Positions 11,517 to 23,886 of a stretch of 64,000 nucleotides of DNA are shown piece after piece; position 1 is the first letter of the stretch, and every line of letters starts with the position of its first letter. The position numbers and the translations under genes were made by a program. Below the pieces are notes generated by a model that saw nothing but the letters and a program-made list of their open reading frames with translations, ran no database searches and was not told the origin of the DNA. Location of the stretch: the NCBI GenBank assembly GCA_016748015.1, contig JAAOMT010000697.1, positions 318,868 to 382,867 on the forward strand. The letters are read 5' to 3'. This stretch comes from Geosiphon pyriformis uo1 (lineage: Eukaryota > Fungi > Glomeromycota).

Positions 11517-13320
11517 ATAAAGAAGACTATTAAAGTTTCTGGTTCTGAGGATGGTTTCAAAGTGGTTGTATTAAAAAAAAAAAAAAGGAAGGTGTATTGG
11601 CAGAGGGTGTTGATAATAGAAGAGTTGCTACTGAAGCACCTGGTACTCGTTCATGGGGTTCTGAAACAGGTGACACTACTGAGTCTAAGAGTATTGACAT
11701 GGAGAAGGAGTGCTTGGTTGAAGAAACCAGTGTTGACTATGATGAGAGTGGTGCTTTTGCAGAAGGAGATCCTAATTAAATGCCAAAGAGTTTGTGTGTA
11801 AAGACCAAGAAAATGTTAGGGAAGCCTTTGAGTATGATTGATTATGGTACTGTCAATACAAATGATAATATATTAGATAATTCTTTTCTTCTCCCGTCCC
11901 CTCTACCTATCAAACTGTCCGTTCAAGTGCCTGTTAGCAAATTCTTTGCTTTAGATATTGATTTTGTGGCCATCACTGGGAGGTCTTCTCAGAAAAAGTT
12001 AAGTTTTATCAGAAAAATTTTTTCAAGTGTGAATGGTTTTGGAGGGGCTTCTACTTTCTTAAAATTTGATGGAATTATTTGTGGGACTTTTACTTTGAAA
12101 AAGGCAATGATGGCTGTTGAGAAGTTGGCAAATGATCATGGTGTTGTGGTAAACACCAATCTTAAGCGCCCTGTAAACAACCATACAAATTGGGCGATTA
12201 TGTTAAAAGAGATTCCTGTAAGAACTTTTATTAAGGCTATGCACACAGCTGTGTCTGTATTTGAACAAATTAAGATGATCAAAATACAACTAGTGGGTTT
12301 GTGGCAAAAAGCAATCATCAAATTGAAAGATCAAAGTCAGGCTGATTTGTTAACTGTTGAATAATCAATCCTCATTGGTAAAGATGTGGTCCGTGTGGCC
12401 AAAGCTGACATCAATAAACAGACATAAGATATTAGGAATAAATTTAGGACATTGCTTTATACTCTTTCTATGGGAACAATGATTCATAATTTGTGGGATT
12501 TCATTGGTTCTGTGGATAGAAAAACATGCTTGATCAAATGCAACTCTGTCAATTATACTCGCACATGATGTGCTACTGTGTGTTTTGGTTCTAAAGATGA
12601 CATAACTCAGGCTGTGGCCAATACACCAGTTATAAAAGGCATTAGTCTCTGCTGGTCATATTTGATCACCTCTTTATGTTCTGTTTGCAATTTTCTAGGT
12701 CACTTGAGTTTGGTTTGTAAATCAGCTGGTGTGTCCTCTATTCCTAAGAGCAAGAGGGCTTCTCTCTCAGCTCAAGATAAGTTTAGATTGGCCAAAATTT
12801 ATGAGAAAAAATCTGCACTTGTTTCTAGGCCTCTGGTTTTTGGTGGTAAAACTTGGGCGGATGTGGTTGGCAAATCTCCCTTCTGTATGCCTTCTGGTAG
12901 TCCATTTTTACTTGGTTCCGTCGATAGTGGTAAACCTATTCCTTCTGTTGGTAGCATTTTAGAGATTTGTCTAGTCAGTATTGAGAGCAGTTTTGTCGAC
13001 TTCATGGGACAAATTAGTGAGTTGACTAAGAGGTTGGATTCACTTGTACTGGTGGTTTCCCAGCCTAGCCCTAAATGTCAGCTGCCAGTAACCCCCTCCC
13101 CCCATCTCAAATTCAAGAGGAGGATACAGTGATGGGAGTGGATTCAGATAAAGCCACTAGTGACAAGACTGCTACGATTGTAGACTTTTCAGCATTCCCC
13201 CATGTTGTTAAGTTGGAAAAAATGTTGGAAGAACTCTCCAAATCTGTTTTGAGCTTATCTGTTTACTTTGATGGTTTAGTTTTAGCAAGTAGTGTGTCTT
13301 CACAAACCCCTTCTCAATAA
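11517..13320 (+). pseudogene. LINE #1 ORF1 (RRM-like region, CCHC knuckle, coiled coil)
   Basis: Colinear with ORF1 of LINEs #2 and #3. Contains the CSVCNFLGHLSLVC knuckle. Confidence 0.85.
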
Positions 13321-14612
13321 GTGAGCTGATCTGGAAAATTGCCACGTGCAATGTTCGTGGGATGAACAATCCTGCAAAACAAGATAATGTCATTCGTTGA
13401 CACAAGAACATGAACAATCTTATTTCTATTGTTACAGAGTCAAAGCTTAAAGGAAAGATATGACCCTGGATAACCAACAGATTTGTTGGTGTTCGGGTGT
13501 TTACTTCTAATCTGAATTCTGGTTATTTGAGTGCTGGTGTTGTAATTATTATGAACTCTTCTTTAGCTAGACATGTATGTAAAGTTTCTGAGATGCTGGG
13601 TCGACTCTTATCCATTAAATTGCTTTTCAAAAACAAACTTTCGGTGTTAATTTTAGGACTCTACGCTGATGCATCTGCAGCAGTTGGGTTTTTTCAGGCT
13701 GATGTAATCAACTCTCTTATTGCAAGAGCTGTTAATGAGTCTTTTTTTGTTGTTCTTGGTGGTGATTTTAATGAAAATGGGTCTCGTAAATGTGCTAGTT
13801 TCAAAAAATGCCTTGATTTAAGGCTGGTCAATTCTTTGGTTGGGAGCCAGACCTTAAAGATGCCTACTTGGGTGAATTCTAGAGGTGTTCAAAAAACAAT
13901 TGATTTCATGTTTGTTTCTTCTAATCTGGTTAATGCACTAGTATATTGTGATGTTTTGGATGTCAGTAAGCATTTCAACATGGATCATCAAACTGTTTCT
14001 GTGTCTTTGGGTTTGGGTGGACTTTTGAACATATAGTTGAACTCTCTTTGCAAACATGTGAACAGAGACAGATGGAAATTTGATTTCAAGGGTGCTGATA
14101 AAAATAAATGGATTAATTTTAGGTGTGCTACATTGGATAATATCACAATGTTTGCAGATGAGTTTTGTGTATTAGAAAAGTTTTCAGATCTAGATGCTAT
14201 GTGGGAGATTGTTTGCAAAATTATGGTTTTTTCAGTAAACAAAATGTTCAAAAAAAAGTTGGTTCAGGGGCTTTGATGAGGTCTTTACCAAAGAATCTTC
14301 AAGGTTTCACAAGTTGGAGCTTTTAGTTTCTAGGATTATCAAGGCATCTCATGGGGAGGATGTTGAGTGTTTCGATTCTTTCATGAGATGTTGGAATTCT
14401 CTGGATGATGATAGGGCTTTGGTTATTCAGTCTATGATAACTTCTGATGTGGACTTTGGTCATGTTTATTCTGCTCTGTTAGGTGCCAGGAAATTCTATT
14501 GTGCATCAAAGCTTGCTAAATCTCAGTGTGCTAAAAAGGCAAATATTAGGTCTGCCATCAATAAAAAGATAGAAAGTTTTGAAGTGAATAAGAGTTACAC
14601 AATAAGAAGCAT
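13317..14612 (+). pseudogene. LINE #1 ORF2, 5' part (AP endonuclease)
   Basis: ATCNVRG, TESKL, GGDFN, TIDF and DH motifs. Confidence 0.9.
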
Positions 14613-15479
14613 TGTTACAGGTGAATATTTCTGCTGTTGAATTTAATAACAAACCTGTAACTTGGTGCTCAAAAGCTACTTTCATTGAGACTGTTCTGAA
14701 GGTGCTGTATCTGAAGATTTTGATGGATTTGAAGGTCTTGGTTGAGTTCTTTGTATAATGAACAGAGATTCAATAGTGTCGATAGTAGAAATATTTTCCA
14801 AAAGTTTTCCCAATTTTTTTCTCAGTGTGGTGGCTGGATTTAGTCTGGCAGTCATGCCCTTTTGGTAAGCTATCCGATAATATATAAAAATTCTACCCGT
14901 ATTTCTGGGTCTTTTATCAGGCTATCCTTGACATTAATAACTCAGCACTTAATCATTTATCAATTAGTATATAACAACAACTCAAAATAAAATAAAGAAA
15001 AAGAAATAAAAGAAAATAAAGGAAGCAAAGAAATAAGCCAAGGCAATTTACAGATTAGTATTCCGTCAATAGCCGTGATCAAGAGCTATTGTTCCAGTGT
15101 AGTCAAGTATCAATTACTATCAACATGAAGAGTTGATAGTAAAGAAGTGGATGGAAATATAAAATAATTATTTATTTGATGATTGCATTTCTAGGCTAAG
15201 AATTCTGTGGTATTGATTCTGTTTTTTCTGTTTTTAACACTACTACTATATATACATAATTGGGATTCCTCAATTCTTCAATTCTTCATGACAGGAATCC
15301 TGCAATTCTTTTGAGAGGAATCCTGGAATTCTGGAATCCTGTAATTCCTTATTGAGAATCCTGAAATTCCTGAAATCCTGCAATTCCTAAGAAGAATCCT
15401 GAAATTTCACCTTTACTACACTTACTTCTGATTGGCTAATAATTATGCTAATATATTTCCTATATTTCTATAAGTAACA
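14613..15479 (-). repeat. 3' LTR of B
   Basis: Direct repeat of 23887-24753 with TGTTAC/GTAACA ends and an adjacent PPT. Confidence 0.96.
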
Positions 15480-15492
15480 TTATTTCTTCCTT

Positions 15493-16122
15493 TTAATATT
15501 GAGCTCTGTCAAAATCTAACTCCTGTAATTCCCCCTCTTGAAGTATTTCTTGGATTTTGTTTTTGAGAATTATTTGTGTTATTTGGGTCTGTAATTTTTC
15601 AAATTGAGCATTGGTGATTTTTCCCAATTGATTACTGGTCACCATATTCATTGCTCTGTTGAGCAATATTTTTGGTTTATCTTGAAATGCAGTGTGTATT
15701 CAGTATATGGCTCAGGCTTGTGTGGATAAGTTGTTCTTTCCCACAAAATGTTCTAATTGTTGTAGTATTTTTTTGTCAAATAATCGCTTTGTTTTATCTG
15801 TATATAGATTCTGGATATTTATGTGTTGTCCCAAGTAAAAATAACAATAGTTTTGTGGAAATTGTTGTATCCACCAATTCCAAGTTTCTTTAGTCAACTC
15901 TTGATATAGTAACTCTTTTGTCGATTCTTTTATTGCTAATTTTACTTTCGCCATGATTTTGTCTACAGTATTTTCAGTTTTCTTCTGTGTTCTGAGTTGA
16001 AATGTCTTTCTAGTATCTTGATATCAAATGGTTTGTTGATTGATTGTAATCTCTATTTCCTGATGTTGGATTAATTGAAAAAGTTGTTGTGCTAGTGAGT
16101 GAATATTGTCTGTAATTTCCAT
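15493..16122 (-). pseudogene. ORF3 of B (about 210 codons, unknown function)
   Basis: Single frame MEITDNIHSLAQQLF...YCYFYLGQ...ITNAQFEKL...FDRAQY* with internal TGA stops (likely from CGA). Homologous to the D and C copies. Confidence 0.8.
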
Positions 16123-16179
16123 TTTTCTGATATTTCCTATCGAGTCTACCATGTCTTTATATATTCTTTTGATGGATCA

Positions 16180-19100
16180 ATTTAATGTGTTGTTGTTGAT
16201 AATAATGATTGGTTCCAGATCTCGTGGAATCTCATCTGGTTGGGACTAGTATTCTCTGTACTCTTAATTGTGGAATATTACTGGTAGATTGTAGTATAAT
16301 GTTGTGATATGATTTCAGTTGATCTCCATGTACTGCTTTGGTTAAAATTTTGTTATCCAATTTTAATTTGTAAGCTTCATTTTCTAGAATTTCTTCTATG
16401 TAAAATGATCCATCCCATTTGGGGTCAAATTTTCCACTTCATTGTTTTTCCGCTTTGGTACAATGTAGTAATACTTTGTCTCCAATCTTGAATTCAACTG
16501 GTTTGTCTGGTAGTTAACTATTGTGTCTTTCTTTCTGTGTTTTTTGTAACTTTTAAATATTATCAGCTGCTCTTCTTTGTTTGTTTTCCAATGTTTTCAT
16601 TAAGTCATATGTTCTTCTCAGCAATGTTTCTTGAAAATTTTCCTCTGTTATTGGTTCAGCTGGATATGTATTAATTTCTCTCTCTACTGGTAATGTTGCT
16701 ATTCTCCCATATACTAATTCAAATGGTGTTGCTTGTGTAGTATCCTGTTTCATTGTTCGATAAGCAAATAGTACTGATGGTATGAACAAATCCCAATCAT
16801 TCTGGTTTTTTTGGCTGAGCTTGGCTATTGCTTCACACAATGTTCTGTTAAATCTTTCTACTAATCCATTGGTTTGTGGATGGTATGGTGATAATAATGG
16901 TCTTTTGATTCTGAATCTTTGGCTTAATTCTGTTAATGTTCTGTTCACAAAATGAGTTCCTTGGTCTGATAATAATTTTTTTGGACATTCATGTCAACAA
17001 ATTAAATCCTGATGAACGAATTTGGCAACAGATTTTGCATCTGCTTTTTGAATTGCTTTTGCCTCTGGCCATTTAGTAAGATAGTCCATAGCTACTGCTA
17101 TGTATCTGTTTCCTCTGCTGGTGATTGTTAATGATCTAACTAAATCAATTTCCATACAGTCAAATGGTTGTTCCACTTTGATTGGTCTTAATGGTTCATT
17201 GGGTCTTGTTCCTCCTCTTCACTGACAAGCATTACAATTTTAAACATATTGAATGATGTCTGGATACATTGATGGCCAATAGTATTTTTTTCTAGTTCTT
17301 TCCATGGTTGCTTCTTTGTGAAAATGTCCTGTTGTTGGATTTGAGTGCATATTGAATAATATTGTCTCTTTTTCTGGCTCTGTAATTACTCTGGTTGGTT
17401 GATCTGGATCTCTTCTATTTTTCCGATAAAGTATATTTTGGTAAGTGATAAAATATTTTGATTGTTGTTTGATACTCCTTTGTTCTATATGAGATAAATT
17501 CTCCTTGAACTGTTGAGTATTTAGATAATATTACAATTGTTGATATTTTTGTATGTTTATCTTTTGTTGTATTTTTCCGTTGGTATTGTTCTGGTTTTAT
17601 TATATTTTTGGGTTGAAATGTTCTTAGATTTGTCTTATTTGTGATAAACCGTCAGCATTTCCATTGTCTTTTCCCTTTTTGTAATGTATAGTATAATTGT
17701 ATAGTGCAAGTGCCATTTTCCATTTTAACTGTCTTTCATCTCTAAATTCTTGTTTTTGGAGTAATGTTAATTCCTTATGATCTGTGTATACTTCAAACTT
17801 CTGGCTCAAGTATTCTTTCCATTTCATGATGGCCCAGTATATTTCTAAGTGTTCTTGTTTTGGTGTTCCATAGTTTTTTTCGGCTGGTATTAAACCTCTG
17901 CTGGCATATGCTACTGGATGTTCTCTGCCATCCGGTCCTCTCTGAGAAAATACTGCTCCCAATGCTTGGCCAGATGCATCAGTGGTGATGATGAATGGTT
18001 TGCTGTAATCTAAATAGATTAGTATTGGAGCTTGAATGAGCTTTTTCCTCAGAATATCAAAAGCTTCTTGTTGACTTTCTGTTCATTCATATTTCGCATT
18101 TTTGTTTTGCAGTTGATTGAGTGGCTGCACTATCTTGGAAAAGTTCTTGATAAAATGACAATAGTAGCTGGCAAATCCCAAGAATGATTTCAGTTCTGTT
18201 ATATTGGTCGGCACTGGAAAGTTCTTTACTATCTCTATTTTTTCTGAATCCATTTTGATGCCATCTTTGCTGACTATGTGTCCTAAAAATTAGAGTTCTG
18301 TCTTACCAAAGAAGCATTTTGTCACATTCAACTTCAGTCCTGCTCTTTTCAGTCTTTCGAACACTTGTTGAAGATAATGAAGATGATCATCAAATGTCTT
18401 TGAGAATACATTGGTGTTGTCTAAGTATACAACTACTGATTTCCACAATAAGCCAGTATAAACAATTTCTATTAGCTGTTGGAATGTTGCTGGGGCATTG
18501 GTTAAGCCGAATGGCATCACTTCAAATTCGAAATTCCCTTTTCTAATAGTAAATGCTGTTTTTTCTTTGTCAACTGGATTCATAGCTACTTGCCAGTAAC
18601 CACTGTTCAAATCTAATATGAAGAACCATTTGTTCCCACCGAAAGCATCGAATAATTCCTGTATTCATGGAGTTGGATAACTGTCCCTACGAGTTACACT
18701 ATTGAGTTTCCTGTAGTCTACACAAAACCAGATTTTTCCATTTTTCTTATGAATGAGTACCACTGATGACAACCATGGACTCATTGATGGTTAAATTAGC
18801 CCATTGTCAAACATTCTGTTTATCTCTTGACAAATAATCTCATGGCTGGCTGGTGGCACTCTGTATGCTCTTTGTTTGATTGGCATTGCATCTCTAGTCT
18901 TGATCTAATGCTGGATAATATTAGTTCAGCCAAACTCATTTTTGCTGGCAAAAATGTCATTGAAATTGTTAAGTAACATCTTGAGCTGCATACACTGGAG
19001 TGGATCTAAGTTTCCCATGTTCACTTGTTCCAATTGTTCTGGTTGGAGCAAATAACATTCGTCTCATCCATAGATTGTCTGTAATGTGATGTCAACATAT

Positions 19101-21500
19101 CCACAAAGTTATGGAAAGTCTGGAATGGAGTTGGGTGGTTGGTCTTCTATTTCTGTGGTTAGATATTCAATGATAGTTCCTTCTGGTATGTTGATGACAT
19201 TACCAGTGTTGTTGTAGATGGGAATTTTTATGCTGCTATAGCTTTTGGCTGGTATGTGGAGATTGATCAACCCAATCTCTCTTGTTTCACAAATGGTTGC
19301 TTCTGCTTCAAAAATCTGTTCTTGCTCTTTTTCCTTCCTTTCTATTGCTAACATGTACTGGCTATATAGTGGAATAGAAATAACTTGACCAGTTGAGATA
19401 ATTTCTTCTTGGCCAACAATTTTTTCCTTTGCCATGTTAACTGGTACATCTATTCTACCTGTGGATCCGAATTCCTGTATTCTTCTCGCCGTTATTTCTA
19501 ATTCCTTCCTCTTTTTCACTAATATTAACTGAGCTATTCTAACCAGAGGCAGGAATATTGCCTGTGCTATCTTTTCATTGGGCTCTATTACATAGGCCTT
19601 TTTTGAGTCATTTTGTAGTATAGCAATGATATTTCCTACATATCCTGTGTCAATTATTCCTCCTCTTATATTAATCCCTCTTTTTGCTAAACTACTTCTA
19701 AATGCTAATTGAACCATTGTTGTTGCCGGAATTTCTAGTGCTATTTTCAGATCAATACAGGTACGTGAATGTGGTTCCAATTTGATGGCATTTTTCCCTG
19801 GATATCTCAGATCAAACCCTGCATCAGTATCATGTACACGTTCTGGCATAATACCTTTTCCATTGTCACTATACCATTTCAACTCTTGTTCCTTGGAGAG
19901 ATCTGGTAGTGCAATGTATTGTTCATAGTTTAAATCGGAGTTTGTATCTGAGTCGGAATCATTGTCATTGTCATTTCCATTTTGAATGGAGCTTGAACCA
20001 TTGTTGTCATCATCATTGTCGGAGTTTGAATCATGATTGATCAGTGATTCTGATTCTGATGTGCAGCTGCTGATTGGTTTTTCCTCTTCCGGGATCATTT
20101 AGATCATACATGGTGGTGGATTGTAAATGAGGTCACACTCATTGCAATACTGGAAGTCACAAGGAATTAGGCAGTGTTGACATAGTCGAGCATTTAACTG
20201 CTCTAACCATTGTTCTTGTTCTTTCCTTGTGGGTGCTAATTCTTGGTAGTGTTCATGGAATTGCTCTGGATCCAGGAGGTTTATGATGGGTTCTGCATCC
20301 CAGTCAAGCTCTAAAGGTTCTGGGGGGTTGTCTTTGATTGTTTTTATCTCTTCTGGTGTCGCCCCTTCAATTTTGGCAAGTGCCATTTGCCAAATTTTGT
20401 TGTCGTCATGTGGGCAACTGTCCAGTTGCTGTATGGCTCTTTGCCAGGCTGCTTCCATTGGGGTTTTTTTCCTTATCTAGTCGCTTATTAGAATCGTGTA
20501 TTGACATGATATATTGTACGTTCCTCTACGTTCTGGGATGTCATTCCACATCCCTTCATCTAGCAGAGTCTTCCCACAAGTGAGACAAGGTTGGTTATCC
20601 CATTTTCCTTGTCTCTTTGGTCGTCAAAAGCATTCAAATAAGCATGGATGACAGTAGAATTTTGTTGTAGTGTGGTATTCCTCATCGTTGTCACAGCATA
20701 CACCCATTGACAACAATTTCTTACCACAATCGACACATATAAGCTTAGGTCGATGATATGTAGATTGTTGTGGTATAGTGTGGGTGTTATAAGCAGTGGT
20801 GGTTTGAGTGGTCTCTTTTTCTTTTCCTTTTTTTTTATTTTCTTTGTCTTCTTCTTATTCCCAGCTTGAAGTTGGTTCGCTTTTGTCATTGTCGGTTCAT
20901 GTCAAGTTATCAATTTCCCAGGTAAGTTTTTCCTTTTGTTTCCCTTTTTCCTTGTTGTTGTCGTCCCAGGAGAGTATTGGCAGCAGCTCATTGTGCTTTT
21001 TGTCAGCCCACAATACTTGGTAGGCTTCCCAGGTAGGCTTTTCTTTCTCCTCCTCCAGTTCGATTAATAGTTTCTCTCTTGAAGGCGTTTTGAAGTGGCC
21101 ACACGTGGCCGGGACATGTATGTGTTGGTCCTGATACATTAGCTGGAGTTCTTGGGTGTTCCAGTCTAACGTTGTATTGACTTTGGATAGCCAGTCATTA
21201 CCAACGAGAGCTTGGTATTAAGTGGCTTCCATTACTAGAACTTTAATAGGAGTCATGATGCCATTGACTTCAAAAGGAAACTCGTCGATTTCACTGATTA
21301 GAGTTTTGGTCACTCCATCAGCTATGATAATTCTGGCGCTGGCAGCTCGATCAACTTGGCAACCTAACTGATCCATGAGTTGTCATGTGATTATGCTGCC
21401 AGCTAATCCACTATCTAGGATGAGTTTGATGGGGTGACCATCAACTCTGACATCTGTGTACATTGCTGTTATGGGTTTCTTTTCAAGGGCAGCTCCACTG
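16180..21500 (-). pseudogene. pol of B: protease, Cys-rich region, dUTPase, RT, RNase H, integrase
   Basis: LILDSG, MPFGLTNAPATF, YLDN (decayed YLDD), VAYASR, YHPQTNGLVERFN, and a GPY/F-like C terminus. Confidence 0.95.
19455..19850 (-). CDS. Trimeric dUTPase domain within B pol
   Basis: Motifs I-V: AGFDL, RSSL, GIIDTGYVG, KIAQ, R...FGSTG. Confidence 0.92.
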
Positions 21501-23830
21501 AATAACGGTATTGGTGTGTTTTCTTCGAGTTCGAAAGGAAAGATGGCTGCTAGGGATTCGTCACTAGAGATGGTTGCCAGTAGAATTGTGTTGGTAGGTA
21601 CATGCTGATTGGATTCTGTGTTGTTGGATGTGGTGTTTTCTGGGGTCACCAGGAGACTTAAATAATGTTGGGAATTTGGATTTTGGATGCGACTGGTATC
21701 CAAATTCTGGATGTGTGATCTTGATGGTGGGTCTAGCGAACAGGGAATTGGTTGGTAAACAACTATCGCCGATCTCCAGTTTTGAGTGACTCTGGATTGA
21801 AAGTTGCCTGATGTCATTTGAGCTGAGTTCTGGAGTGGTATTTGAATTGGTTGGGGTTGATAGATGATTGGTGGTTGCGGTTGATATATTACTTGTGGTT
21901 GCAGCTGATAAATCAGAGGTTGATATACTGGTGGTTGATAAATTGGTTGCTGCGTCATTGGCAGGTAATTATTCTAATATTGGTCTTGACTTTGATTTGG
22001 ATAATGATTCGGAGTTTGGAACTGGCGATCAGGGTTTCGATATTGATTTTCCGATTGTTGGTTATTTAAACGCTGATGACAGTCAATTCGGATATGTCCC
22101 TGGTTACCACAATAGTGACAGATACGCATTTTCTGTTGCCACTGTTGATTGGTTGATGAAGATGGATGCAGTTGATTTTGGCCACAATTAGAATGTTCTT
22201 GATTATTGCGTCATTGTGGAGGCTGATAAATGGTGTGATTGTCAGCTAAGTATTCTTCCAATCTCTTATTGATTGATTCACTGAACTTCTCCAATTTAGA
22301 ATCTAATTCAGATGATCCGTTCATTACTAGATTAATGGCTTGGGCATGGTTAGTCTCTGACTTAGCGGATTCAAAATCTCTGGGGCATGTAACTGCATCT
22401 TGAAGCATACCAGGATGCAATGGACATACATGTTGCAAGATACTGCTGCATAGGCCACAGATAAACTGGTTGAGTATCTGTGGTGCTGTGAAATAGTCGT
22501 CGTCAATTGCTTGAATTTGGTGCAAGTTTCAATGGAAGCATCCCAGGTAAGTGGTGACTGCTTCAGTTTTTCTTTGTTTCATGGTGGTAAATGTATTGAC
22601 TAGGCAATTGATGCTATTGTTGTTGCTGAAATATCTTAGGAATTCCACTTTGAAGGCATTGAAATCTTGTGGTTTATTAACCAAGCTCTGATACCATGAA
22701 TTGGCGGTGTCCTTAAGAAAGTAGGGAATGGCTTGCATGGCTCGAATGTCATTCTATCCATTGGCTGTGATGGCCTTTTCTACATCATTCAGCCATACTT
22801 GAGTGTCATCCTCTTTATCAGTAAAGTTGTCGAGTTTTATGATGGGTGTATAGGCCATTGGGTCTAAGTTAGGTGGTTATGGTGGCTGTTGAAGTAGTTG
22901 TTGGGGTGGTAGTTGAAGTGGCTGTTATATAGGTTCGGCTATTGGATTAATCAGCAGTTGATCGATGACAATTATCAGAGGTAAGTTTTGCTGATTAATT
23001 AATTCGGGTTTTGGATTGTTCTGTCTTTGCTGATTCGGAGTTTTGATTTCCAAATTTTCTATATTTAAATTTTGCTGAGCTTGAAGATTCGGGGTTTCAA
23101 CTTCCAGGCTTTTAGTAGTCGAATTTTGGTAAGTAAATTCTTGATTCTCTGATTCTTCTTCCTCTTTTTCTGATTCTGCTGCTTTCCACAGATCAGAGAT
23201 TCTGAAATCTGGTGGAGGCGGTAGTGATCAAAGTCCTGATGGAGTTGATGATTGCAAATTAAATCTCTCAAAGTATTCGCCGTATGGTTCTAACAATTCT
23301 GTTTTTCTTTGTCTATTTTGGAATGGGAATTGTCCAAATACTGATGTCGCAGTTGATGAGAACGCATCAGTTAATGATATGTTAATGGCGCTTCCAGGTG
23401 TATAGTGGTAAGATGGGTTGCCTGGGGATTCAACTCTGTTTTTCTTCTAAGCAGGTGGCTGTAATTTTCTGGGTGTTACTGCTGGTGTTTGTAATTTTCC
23501 TTTGCCTTTACTAACATATGTAATTGGATATCTTTGTTGAGTGTGGTGTTCAATTTCTTTGTTGATCTCAGTGATGATGGATGCAAAATTATGATTTGTT
23601 GGTAGGTTGGTGTTTTGAATTAATTTCTTATAGAAAGTTTCTCTTGCTGATTCAGTATTCACTGGTGTTCCTAATAAAGAGGAAATCTTTTTGTTGATGT
23701 AGAAATTGAAGACTGATTCGATGGATATATGATTGTGGTTTAATCCCAAGTATGGACAATAGTGTTGAAATAAGGATTTTGCGAATTCTAAATGGTTTGC
23801 TTCTATAATTTCTGATTCTGCCACTTTTGG
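21501..23830 (-). pseudogene. gag of B, including a long N-terminal extension
   Basis: MAYTPI.KLDNF capsid-like region, CHYCGNQGHIRIDC knuckle, and Q/P-rich spacer. Confidence 0.87.
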
Positions 23831-23867
23831 TTTGGTGTTGTTGGTGCTGGTTCTCTGTAGAATTATA

Positions 23868-23884
23868 CCTCACAGAGAGCACCA
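23868..23884 (-). promoter_or_regulatory. PBS of B (elongator tRNA-Met-like)
   Basis: TGGTGCTCTCTGTGAGG, 2 nt after the 5' LTR. Confidence 0.88.
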
Positions 23885-23886
23885 AA

